Shown: positions 53,306 through 64,000 of the stretch, one piece after another
How positions within the stretch are numbered: the first letter of the stretch is position 1
Layout of the letters: every line of letters starts with the position of its first letter
From: Camelus ferus
Taxonomy: Eukaryota
Assembly: GCF_009834535.1 (NCBI RefSeq)
Contig: NC_045696.1
Coordinates: 92,444,001-92,508,000, forward strand
Length of the DNA: 64,000 nt
Direction of reading: 5' to 3'
Notes under the pieces: generated by a model
The model's database searches: none
What the model saw: only the letters and a program-made list of their open reading frames with translations
Told to the model about the DNA's origin: nothing
Program-made: the position numbers and the translations under genes

Positions 53306-56300
53306 TAGTATTTTCTAAGAAAAAAATTGGTTTAAAAATTTAGAATTATTCAGGGGGTGGGAAGGGATAAATTGGGAATTTGAACTTTGCACCTCTTGGG
53401 AGTGATGGAAATGTTAGCTATCTTGATTGTGGTGGTGGCTTTGCTGGTGTGTATACATCTAGCAAAATTCATCAGACAGTACACCTGAAATATGTACAGT
53501 TTACTGTACAAGAATCATACCATAATACAGGTGATAAAAAATTTAGAGTTATTCCATTGTAGCTTATTTCCATCACTCTATCATCCCCGATATCATTTCA
53601 CTGGTGCTGTCCACTATGTTCTGATCATTAGAGGAGGGGGAAGAAGTGACAAGGGGGCCAAAACCAATCAAGTGCCCAATATACACCCGAAGTTTTATAT
53701 CATTCACAGTGGTCTTTAGAGCTAGGTGTTCTTACACCCATTTACAGAACCACAGTAGAGTCAGTAGACTCCAGAAAGGGGAAGCGTCCCTAATTTTGGT
53801 AGATCCGTTAATAGTCTTATGATAATAACAAGGGCAGGGACCTAATGTGAGGAACTATGCTTAGAACATTTATGTAATAATACATTTACTATGTGCAAGG
53901 CCCTGTTCTATGTGCTTATTTAGTTAAGTCATTTGATCCCCATAACTCCATAGCATTGGTACTCTCGTCACCCACCTTTAATAGGTGAAGAAACCAAGTC
54001 ACATGCTGGTCAGTGGCAGAGCCAGGGCTTGAACCCAACAACCTAGCTCCAGGATCTAGGGCCTTAACCCCCCAAGCCAACTGTCTCTGTCAGGCCCAGA
54101 GGCCCCAGCTGGTAGGTGGTTTTGCTGGGGTGCAGCCTGCAGATGACAGGATGCAGCCTCCATCACTGGGTTCCACCACTTCCCTTTGCCAAAGCCAGCA
54201 CCTGCATCTGGGGCCCTTGACTCCATTTTCTTCCTCCTTGGGGACTCTGCCTCACTGTTTGCATCACGTACTTTCTCTATCCACTGGATTCCTCCAATCT
54301 GCCCAAAAACTTCTATAGATCTGCTTTCTCTTGCAAATGTCTTCCCAACCCTGCTTCAGACTTCAACTAACCTCCTGTCTCCCTACCTCCATTGTCTCTT
54401 CTTGAGAGAAGCCTGCATGCTCTGCCTCTCCTCCACAACTGGTCTCTGCCCAACTCTCAAGTCTCTGAAATGGTATCCTCTCCTCCCATCCTCCTGGCCA
54501 CGCTCCCAGCTCCAGCCTCCAAGAACCCCTCCAGGATGCTTGCCAGAGCCTTGTGAATAGAAGCAGCTCTCCATTTCCATTCCACACGCTCACACACCTG
54601 TGCCTTTGCTCATGCTCTTCCTTCCACTTGGATTGCCTTCTCCAACCCTCATCTCCTCTTGCTCAAGTTCTGCACATCTTCCAATCCAATCTAATTACTG
54701 CTGCTGGGAGTACTCATTCCCTCCTCTGAGCTTTGTTACGACCTTTTTTTTATGTAGTTCTTCTTAAGTGCACGTTCATCTCCCCCAGGCTGCACCTAAC
54801 TTGAGGGCAGGGTTCTTATCTAATGCATCTTTGTGTCACTTGTAGGGGCCTCATGCAAAGAGGATACTCAGCCAACAGCTGTTCAGTGTTCATTCTCTGA
54901 CCACAGGCTTCATTCTCAACAACCAGAACTTCCTGCATAAACTCAAGCCAGAGGTCGCTAAGCTCATGGATCACCTGCTGCCCTGTTGGCAGGAACTGAG
55001 TCCCCCGAAACTCACCTTGGAGAACTGCCTATCCTCAAATAGAACCACAGCTGATCCTCTGGAAGCAGGCAGAAGTAAATGACTTCTAGGAAGTCAGAGT
55101 TCTCACAGTAGAGAAAGGAAATAGAAATGTGGCTCAGTGTAACTACTCTCCAGTTAAGAAACCATTAATTAAGATGGTAGAAATCACTATTGGCATGCTA
55201 TAGCTCATTCATGTGTTGACTTGTCCTGCTAAAGGTTCCGTCGGTTCAATTTAATAGGTTCAGTCAGTTTTGGTTTGGAATGTTAATTCTGATAGTATTT
55301 TATCAAAGCTTTTTGTATTTTATCCCTAAGTCACTTTTCCCCAGGAGGGTAGCGATTGTATGAATCCCTAAAAAAGCCTCTGTAAGAACACACAATGGCC
55401 TCTCACAAATATTAATTGAGCACAACAGGATCCTCAGCTGTCAGGTGCTAAGTGAAGTCCACATTTTGGCTAGAAATTTTAAGAGTCACCCCATCCTGAA
55501 TGATAATCCTTATTTTAAAGAGTTTGAAAGCAAAATGCATTACTCTTTTCAAATCACTTGTACATTATCTCATCTAATTTTTACAAGTCTTTATACTGCT
55601 GTTAGCCCTCTCTTGCAGTCAAAGAAACAGAAACTCAAAAGTTATCTAACTTACTCAACAATTTGTTTTACTATAAAGCTCAAGCGATAGATTCCATATA
55701 AACACTCTGTGATATAGAAAAAGGAATGAAGTGGGCACTCTAAAATACTTCCAGGGAGGAGGTACACTGAGGAAATATTTTCAGAATTGCAACTGCATTA
55801 AGGATAAATATATATGAGTGTATATATATGTATATATGAATATTACATATAATATTCACCCATTAATTCCACTTCTAGAAATAGAGCCTAAGAAAATAAC
55901 CAGAAATATGATTTTTAAATTGATATGAAGATGTTTATCATAATATTATTTATGATAATGATAAATAGTAAAATAAAAATGGCTAAGCAATAATATAGTC
56001 ATAATACGTAGTCCTTAGAAATCTTTAAGTGTTTTTTTTTAAGTGGCTTTTAAAAAACAAAATAGACTGGTATACTATTAAGTTAAAAAAAAAGGTAGAA
56101 AATAGAATACATAATATGATTCTAATTCAAAAGGCTGGGGAAAATCACATCAAAATATTAGCAGTGGTTGCCTTTTCATTTCTATATGTTTCTGTTTTCA
56201 AAATTTTCTACCAAATTCAGTTACTTTCATAATCTGGGAAAAAAATTTTGTTTAAAAACAACAAATAAATTTTTTAAAAATCACATCCACAGTTACACAG

Positions 56301-57477
56301 GGAGTAAAAGCCAACCCTTTGCCTCCAACTCCAGGACTCTGGCCCCTGCATCACCCGCCCTCACTATGCAGAGGAATGAGTAGTCATATGAAACACATCT
56401 GCATCACTGAATCATCAGACAACTCTGTAAAATAGCAAATCAGTGTGAAGCAAATTATATTAGATTGTTCCATATGTAGTCCTGGGCAGACACAGCCCCA
56501 GAAATGGGGTCAGAACCACTTACCACCAGACTAATGTGCATTGTCTGCCCTGCTTCCTGCAGTTTTATTTCTTAAATATACCAAGACTACTGGACCCTTC
56601 TCTATCTCTAATGTTTTCTTCCAATAATTTAATAATAAACTTTGCTTGAAATATAAATTATCACTGAATCTGAGCATGAGATAATCTTCTAATCCCTTAT
56701 GAAATAGAATTAACCTGCTGCAAAATATTTCCATTCCATCTTCTCAGAAAAGAAATTGGAGCGTCCTCTAGCAATTCCCTACTGATGGCTATTAACCAAC
56801 CTACCCATAGAATTAATGCCCATAGCAAATGTGTGATGTTTTCAAGGACTCTTCAAAGCATTTCATACTCTGTCCTGTAAGTAACTTTCACAGATGGATA
56901 CATTTGTTTATATTTTATATTAATCATATTTATCTTCTACACACAGGTCTCTAATGGAGATATCACCCTTGGACCATGTTGTTGGAAGACAAGACAACTG
57001 GAAGTCCAGAAAAACTTTCTGTAACTTCTCCACTGGCAACATCCATAAATGAAAGAAAAACAGGTGGCTTAGGGAATTGCACGTTCTACTGGTTACATTA
57101 CAATTTGAAGGGATTGCACATCAGTCACTGCCATTGTAATTGTCATTGCCCCACTAATCTCAAGAACTCAATTGAGGTAGGTAGTTCTAACACTGGTATG
57201 TAAAAAAGGAAAGGAGCTGTCAATGCGAAAAATTGCCTTTTTCTGCGATATGCACACATTGAGCCCTGCAATATATCTAATACATACGGATTTAGTTCTA
57301 CCTGCATGTAGTAGTTTCCTCCTGGAAACATCATGTTGCCCCCCACCGCCCAAAAAAAGAGGAGGAGGCATTTTTCACTTTTGATGGTGTAAGACAGACA
57401 TGACTTTCACTGTTCTTTACCACAAGACAAGGGACATACAAGGCTATTGTGAATCAATGATTAACAACATACCCATG

Positions 57478-57491
57478 GTTACCATGGAAAC
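57478..57491. promoter_or_regulatory. Candidate RFX X-box
   Basis: GTTACCATGGAAAC fits the GTTNCCATGGNAAC consensus, 1.7 kb into the intron after the Kvbeta1.3 exon. Motif evidence only. Confidence 0.45.
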
Positions 57492-59201
57492 CATTAATTC
57501 TGTATCATCTCTTCTGATTACAGGACAAGCTGTTATTGTTTGAGTAAAGGAGAAAAGAGTAGAGTTTGTTTTTCTTTTCCAAAAAATTGCTGGTTCAAAC
57601 TGATTACCTTAATTTATATTCCCCTCAGACCTGATAAATGTTATTCCAATGTCAGATAATAGGGCAGGAATTTTATATCTTGTGTTAGACTCCTTAAGGG
57701 AAGTTACTGGTCTAGAGTAAGTTAAAGATTATGTAAAGGAAGAAAAACATTATCAAGGCTTTCTTTTGCCACCTCACTCTTTTTCCAGAAGCTCTTTAAT
57801 AATACCTTTAAGATTTAAGATTTATAGCTAGGAGGTACATTCCTAACACTGACAAACTTATTCACATTTTCTTTGACTGAGACCATTCTCCTTGGGCCCT
57901 TCCTCTATTATACCCCAAATGTGGGTATAACAGCCTCGGAGCTTCAAACCAATCACTCCAGCCATAAAAAATAAATGCATTTCATGGAACCCTTCCAGAA
58001 ACTTCACCTTGTTCTACTTTTTAAATGTTGATTTTTAAATAGTGGCTTAGATTTGGAAAGATCTATTTTATTCCTGCCTTGGAAAGGTTTGAAAAGTGGA
58101 AGTTTAGGCATTTTGAAGTTTGTAGTCCAACAAATTTTTAATCTATATGCATCAATTAATTCAATTGCTAAATGTTTTCCTAAACTGCCTTTTTAGAATT
58201 ACAACTATAAAAATGGGGCAGCTCAGAGCACACTGGAGCACTTTGATAAGTAGAATACATTCCAGAATTTCTATGCTATCACATAGTCTCTACAAAACAA
58301 GTTTTCTATACTTGGACCATTTCATTGGAACTATTTTTCATTTCCATTTAATTACCACTTCATGAAAATAGTTATTTCAGGCTTTATTTTCCCAATAATT
58401 TTCCTTGCAAAATTATCTTTCATTCCTAAGAGATCTCTTGTAGCAGTTACAGTGAAGAAGCTTTCTTAAATTTCAGTACTCCAGACACTTTTACTCTGTA
58501 CACTTTGCCTTAGAACATTAGAACTTGTGAAATTATTCCCCCTCTGCATTATTTGAAGCTGAGGCTGAGAAAAAGACAGAGAAAACCTATAGGGATTTGT
58601 CTTACATTTATCTTTTTTTCTTTTTTAAGTAACTTTTTCTCCTAATGTTGTCTTACTCAGACAGGGGGCTCAGGTCCCATACTGGTGGTCAATGTATTCT
58701 ACTCTGCCCCCCTACTGCCATGCTGAGCTCTCATTCAGCAAGTTCACACTATTCTACTGTACACTTTTCAAACAGCAAACACATTTCCATCTCTCACCCC
58801 CAAGTTCTCAAGGTAAAGAAGTGCAGAAAGATTGCAAAGTCTTTTGTTGCTTTGGAAGGAGGCATTTTCAGGCAATTTTTTAACTCCTCTGATTGTTACT
58901 TTAAGACAAATCTTAATGCCATACAAATCCTAATGCCCTACTCCTTCCTCCTCTCAGCTCCTGAGTGTCTACTGCCTCTTTACAAGGGGTGTTTTCTGAA
59001 TAACAATCCAGGGAGCATTATTTGCCATTTCCACCAAGTTCCTGCTCTTCGCAGCTACACATTCTGAAGTGTCAACCACCTCTAAGGCACTTAGAGCTGT
59101 TACCATTTCTAGCAGCACCGGAAAAGAAATCTAGCATGCAGTCTGGAAAGCACTTTCAAGCGGTCTCTCCTAAAGCCGGCGCAGGGAGGCGCGAGGCTTA
59201 C

Positions 59202-59476
59202 CTGTGAGGCATGCCGGTGGTGTAGGCAGTGGTGTGCTCGCTGGACAGATCCCAGAGTTTCAGGTACCAGTTCATCTCCACTTCGCGCACTAGAGCCAGC
59301 TGCCGTGCCCTGAGCTGGGTTTGCCCTGAGGGGCTGAGGCTGCTGTCTTTCCCATTTTCCGCAGCTTTCTTGGGAGATTTGTCTTTGCTCCCTATGGAAA
59401 ACCCAGATTGTTTCCTTAACTTGGGGTTCTCTTCTGAGATCTGACTCCCCACCGCCCCGGTCCGGGCTGCCAGCAT
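59202..59476 (-). CDS. KCNAB1: KCNAB1 alternative first coding exon, Kvbeta1.3 N-terminal inactivation domain (275 nt, phase-2 end)
   Basis: Translation MLAARTGAVGSQISEENPKLRKQSGFS...QLRARQLALVREVEMNWYLKLWDLSSEHTTAYTTGMPHR matches the recalled Kvbeta1.3 N-terminus. ATG at 59476-59474 has A at -3. The exon ends CAC AG|GTAAGC with donor GT at 59201-59200, where the shared core (R-NLGKSGL...) is known to join. Confidence 0.96.
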
Positions 59477-61096
59477 CCTAGAGGTTTGTGTCTGTCTTTG
59501 AGAGAAGACTCCAAGTCACTGTCATGAAAGTAATTTGGATTGATTTTTCTGTGTCTGCCTCCCTCCTCTTTCCCGTCCTCCCCCATCCCCTTAACCTTAT
59601 CCTGCCACGAAGCTGTAACTGAGCTGGGTCTGTCTGTGGCTGGGGATGAAAGGGTATCTCTAACTTTCCTGAGGAAGAGTAAGGCGGCCACTATCCTTGA
59701 TATCCTCAAACATGGAAATTTTTAAAATAACCCCCAATGACTTCGTAATACCAAGGTTTTACCATGCTATTTCTTCCACAAAGGTTGGACTTCTGCTTCA
59801 TTTCACAATGATAACTCTGAACCTTAGATCATTAGAGGTTGGTAAATTATATTTGACCATCATGTTCAAGTTATTAAAAAAAAAAAAAAAGACAACTGAA
59901 GGCTCACTAGCCATTCTTAATTAGAGTCCCTTTAGAGTTTAATTTTAATGTGAATGTCCTCAAATAAGTTTAACAATATCAAAGCAAGGGCAGGATTATT
60001 CCTTTTGTGTAAGTCTTAAAAAAGTATTCTCAATCTATTTTATAATCTTTTGGGAGAAGGAGGATTTTTGAATGTCAGTGAACCACGTAACATATGTCAA
60101 ACATTCTTTCCTTCCTAAAGCCTGCCATCACTGATTCAGTCATTGACCCTCTCAATACTTGCGATGGATGGAGGCATAAGAATCACCTTATGATTAAGGA
60201 GACAGAGGCTGAACTTAGACATGAAAAAATATTAGAGTGATACCAGGAAGTGGTAAGAGCCTGTGGGTGTGGATGTAGGCATGCACACTCCCAGTGTAAA
60301 TGAGAACTAGCTCTGAAGATAGAAAGAAAATTCAGTTAATGGTCTTTGCTGTTAAGATGCATAGGATTGACCCACACATGCCTACCAATCTGACCTCTGT
60401 CCTAGCTCAGTGGGCAGTGACATCAGTGCCCACTTGGATGTCTACCACAAAGTTATTTGGTGACCCCGTAAGTCCTGGGCATCCCCCAATCAGCCTCAGT
60501 CCCTCCTGTATGAACTGCTTCATTGTCGACTGCATGTAAAGAACTCAGGAAAGGGTGTAAATTTCTCTGTCTCTGAAAGACTGTAATTATAAATCACAGA
60601 GACATAGTGAGGTCTTATAGCCTCTGAGGATGGCAGGAGGGGAAGTCTCCTTAAAAAGTTAGCCCTTCTGGAATCCACGTTGATGTCTTTGAGTATCTTG
60701 GCTGTTAGTTAATCAAAGCCAAGAACGAGGGTACAGCAAATCACACTAGGTGGAATCTCTCACATTTAAGTAAAAGCTGTTGAATGTTAGTATCCAGCGT
60801 AGTCTAGGGTTAGAACTGTGACCACCAAGACACAAGCCACCTGAAACATCTATAAAGGGTAATGAGGCAGCTGCTACCAAACACCAGGTCTGACCTACGT
60901 GAGGCTGTGGGAACTTAGGGACTTTTAGCACCAGAGCTGCAGCCTCTCCAGCCCCTCTCCCTTCCTGCCATCCCTTGAGTCACTGAAGAGCTCTGGCAAC
61001 TTGGTATCCATAGTAACAGGCTCTCAAAGTGTAGACTCAGGACGGTCTCCCCAGGTTGATATTTTGGGGGGTCTGTCAACAGGGGGCTCCGCAGTG

Positions 61097-61152
61097 GGAC
61101 TAGTGGGGTAGGGGGAGTCTATGTAGGACTAGTGGGGTGGGGGGAGTCTATG
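61097..61152. repeat. 29-bp-period G-rich tandem duplication
   Basis: GGACTAGTGGGGTAGGGGGAGTCTATG (61097-61123) and GGACTAGTGGGGTGGGGGGAGTCTATG (61126-61152), one mismatch. Confidence 0.9.
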
Positions 61153-61375
61153 GTCATTCAGCCAAAGAGGGCTTCACACTTCCCTTGGCTTACCCTTCTC
61201 GGGAGCTGGGCTGTTATGTTTAAGGGCTCTGCTCTGGAGTCAGACTGCTTGGACTTGAATCCTAACTCCATCTGTGGTCACCTGCTCTGTGATCTTAGGC
61301 ATACCACTTAACTCCATTATGCTTTAGTTTCCTAATCTATTTTTAAAAAAAAAAAAAAAAAGGTAATTATCTACT

Positions 61376-61912
61376 TGTGGCAATTTTAAAATACATCCCT
61401 CAAATTCTTTGACACTTCTTTCATTGAGAGGTGGGGTCTATTTCCCTTCCCCTGAATCTGGGTGGGCTTCTAATTGCTTTGCTCAGTAAAGCATGATAAA
61501 AAGTGAGGTTCTTTGATTTCCACAGATACACCAGAAAGGCCATGTGGCTTTCACCCACCGTCTTAGAACACTCATTCTGGAGGAAGCCAGCTGCCATGTG
61601 AGGAATCTGACCACCTTGAGGATGCCATGGTGACAGTCACATATAAGTGCTCTCATCAGTGGTCCCAGACCAATTCCCAGATGACAGAACAACATCAAAG
61701 CCAGCTTGGGTGTCTAGGCACAGCAGATCCTTCAGATGACTGTAGTCCCGGCCAACATCTGCCTGCAACTGCATGAGATATCCCAAGTGAGAACAGTGCA
61801 CACAAAACCCTATCCAGATTCCCAACCCACAACATTGTGAGCTAAATAACATAGTTGCTTTACTGCCACTAAGTTTTGGATTATTTATCATGCAGAAATA
61901 GTAACCAGAACA
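61376..61912 (+). mobile_element. MLT1G/H-type MaLR solo LTR inserted in a MIR
   Basis: TGTGG...AAATTCTTTGACACT...CCCTTCCCCTGAATCTGGG...GCCACTAAGTTTTGG...AACCAGAACA. 5-bp TSD CTACT/TTACT. MIR sequence continues on both sides (~61218-61375, ~61913-62010). Confidence 0.8.
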
Positions 61913-62756
61913 TTACTCATACCCTTATTATAAACCTTTAACAAAATATTGTGAAATACTTAGAGCAGCGTCTAGCACATATTAACATTTAATAAGTATT
62001 AATATTTATTCTCCAGGTTAGATACTATTGCAGCACTAGAGTTCAAACTTTCTGCTTACATTTCCCTTTTAAATTTTTGAAAAGCTAAGCATCAACTTAA
62101 ACATTTAAAAATATGCAACATTTGTTATCATAAATTTAAAGTCACAAAGGATGTCGTGTCCAGCATAAGTATTGCTATTTAAAAAATAACATTGTTGCAT
62201 CATTATCTTAAATGTGTCCAATGGAATTTAAATCCCAGAGCTATTTGATATCTATCATCATCCATTTAAAAAATTCATGAACCTGCTCTTCTTTAGCAGT
62301 TGGAAATTTTACATTCTTCCTTTTTCTCTCTGAACTTGTTTTTCCAGTCCATTTCTCACCCAGAATTTTATTCTGATATAAAAGATGTGTATCCTTGAAA
62401 ATATTTTACAGATGTCCCTATCAAATAATTCTCTGCAACAAAAATATGAATGTAACTTAAAATGTTAAATTTTTATTTTCTATGTCCATAAGACTCTGTT
62501 ATAAAATGTCTTGATTGAGCTATTGTAATAACTACTATTGGACATGATTGATCAAAACTAGATTTTCTAAATTTTAATAAATTATTGCTTAACATAAAAA
62601 ATAAAATTTTGTTGAAAATATATCTTTTAATGACATGGGATAAGGTTGGGATTTCTTTTCTTAATTAAGAAGTCATGTGTCCATAGAGCAACAATATTTA
62701 TTGGTAGAATGAGACAAGATTCACCATCAATTCTATTCCCTTTTTAAAAAATTTTT

Positions 62757-64000
62757 GGAAAATTACCAAACCACAAAAGGAAGAAGAAAGGAACAAAGAG
62801 GATATACCAATTCAACTGCAAAGATAAGTTCAAAATGGCAATAAACACACATCTATCATTAATTACTGTAAATGTTAATGGACTAAATGCTCCAGTCAAA
62901 AGACACAGAGTGGCAGACTGGATAATAAAGCAAGAACCTTCAATATGCTGCATACAAGAAACCCACTTTAGGGAGAAGGACACATATAGATTGAGAGTGA
63001 AAGGATGGAAAAGGATATTCCATGCAAATGGAAAAGCCAAAAAAGCAGGTGTTGCAGTACTGATTTCAGACAAAATAGACTTTAAAACAAAGGCCATAAA
63101 GAAAGATAAAGAAGGACATTTTATAATGATTAAAGGAGTGATACAAGATAAGGATATTACACTCGTTAATATATATGCACCCAATATAGGAGCACCTAAG
63201 TACATACAAGAATTACTAACAGAGATAAAGGGGGATATTGATGGGAATACAATCATAGTTAGAGATTTTAACACTGCATTAACATCACTAGACAGATCTT
63301 CCAGACAGAAAATAAACAAGGCAACAGAGAAATTAAATACTACAATAGAAAAACTAGATTTGGTGGATATTTTCAGAGCATTACACCCCCCAAAAATAGG
63401 ATATACATTCTTTTCAAGTGCACATGGAACATTTTCCAGGATCGATCATGCACTTGGGCACAAAAGAAACCTCAACAATTTTAAGAAGATAGAAATTATC
63501 TCAAGCATCTTTACTGACCACAATGCCATGAAACTGGAAATCAACAACAGAGAAACAAAGGAGAAAAAAAGGAAAGCATGGAGATTAAACAATATGTTAT
63601 TGAAAAAACAATGGATCAATGAGGAAATCAAAGCTGAAATTAAAAAATACCTTGAGACAAATGAGAATGAAAGCACAACCACTCAAAACCTATGGGACAC
63701 AGCAAAGGCAGTGCTAAGAGGGAAGTTTATAGCGATACAGGCCTTCCTCAAAAAAGAAGAACAATCTCAAATAAACAATTTAACCCACCACCTGAATGAA
63801 TTAGAAAAAGAAGAACAAAAAGCCCCAAAAAGCAGCAGAAGGAAGGAAATAATAAAGATCAGAGAGGAATTAAATACAATAGAGATTAACAAGACCATAG
63901 AAAAAAATCAACCAAACCAAAAGCTGGTTTTTTGAAAAAGTAAATAAAATCGACAAACCTCTGGCCAAACTCACAAAGAAGAAAAAAGAGAGAGCACAAA
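62757..64000 (+). mobile_element. Young 5'-truncated LINE-1 (inter-ORF spacer plus start of ORF2), runs off the window end
   Basis: ORF 62835-63935 is the L1 ORF2p endonuclease and cryptic region. It is preceded by an ~80-nt purine-rich spacer and a TTTTT/AAAAAA endonuclease-type target at 62741-62751. No ORF1 or 5' UTR is present. Confidence 0.95.
62835..63935 (+). CDS. LINE-1 ORF2p N-terminus (APE-like endonuclease), frameshifted at ~63901-63907
   Basis: Motifs [21 protein letters not shown], (R)[21 protein letters not shown] and [16 protein letters not shown]. Removing one A from the A7 run restores [23 protein letters not shown]. Confidence 0.9.
   Translation: MAINTHLSLITVNVNGLNAPVKRHRVADWIIKQEPSICCIQETHFREKDTYRLRVKGWKRIFHANGKAKKAGVAVLISDKIDFKTKAIKKDKEGHFIMIKGVIQDKDITLVNIYAPNIGAPKYIQELLTEIKGDIDGNTIIVRDFNTALTSLDRSSRQKINKATEKLNTTIEKLDLVDIFRALHPPKIGYTFFSSAHGTFSRIDHALGHKRNLNNFKKIEIISSIFTDHNAMKLEINNRETKEKKRKAWRLNNMLLKKQWINEEIKAEIKKYLETNENESTTTQNLWDTAKAVLRGKFIAIQAFLKKEEQSQINNLTHHLNELEKEEQKAPKSSRRKEIIKIREELNTIEINKTIEKNQPNQKLVF

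Noticed and set aside
59480..59800. Defined core promoter or CpG island for Kvbeta1.3
   Set aside because: No clear TATA box or CpG island; the TSS cannot be placed from sequence alone.
62744..63319. 191-aa hydrophobic minus-strand ORF
   Set aside because: Antisense shadow of A-rich L1 ORF2, a common artefact.

Overview
Mammalian genomic DNA, probably a camelid or other cetartiodactyl (inferred from the L1 3' UTR style and the absence of any recognisable young SINE). The window covers the 5' part of KCNAB1 (voltage-gated K+ channel beta-1 subunit) on the minus strand. It holds two alternative first coding exons: the Kvbeta1.3 N-terminus (59476-59202) and the Kvbeta1.2 N-terminus (35823-35582). 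Both end in phase-2 GT donors; the Kvbeta1.1 exon and the shared core exons are not in the window. The rest is intron or upstream sequence rich in L1, L2, MIR, MaLR/ERVL LTRs and hAT elements. The most notable object is at 14354-14903 (+): a retroposed copy of a snoRNA-capped, partly spliced RPL10 transcript. It starts at the 5' end of SNORA70, keeps the downstream intron remnant with branch point and 3' splice site, continues into the last two RPL10 exons spliced together, and ends in AATAAA plus poly(A). Other observations are a probable gene-conversion tract between two neighbouring L1s, a perfect 94-bp tandem duplication, an old dispersed duplication, a young L1 ORF2 broken by one homopolymer frameshift, three RFX X-box motifs, and a possible in-frame acceptor that could join the two inactivation-domain exons. 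All family and ortholog assignments come from recalled reference sequences, not database searches; repeat boundaries without TSD/TIR support are approximate.
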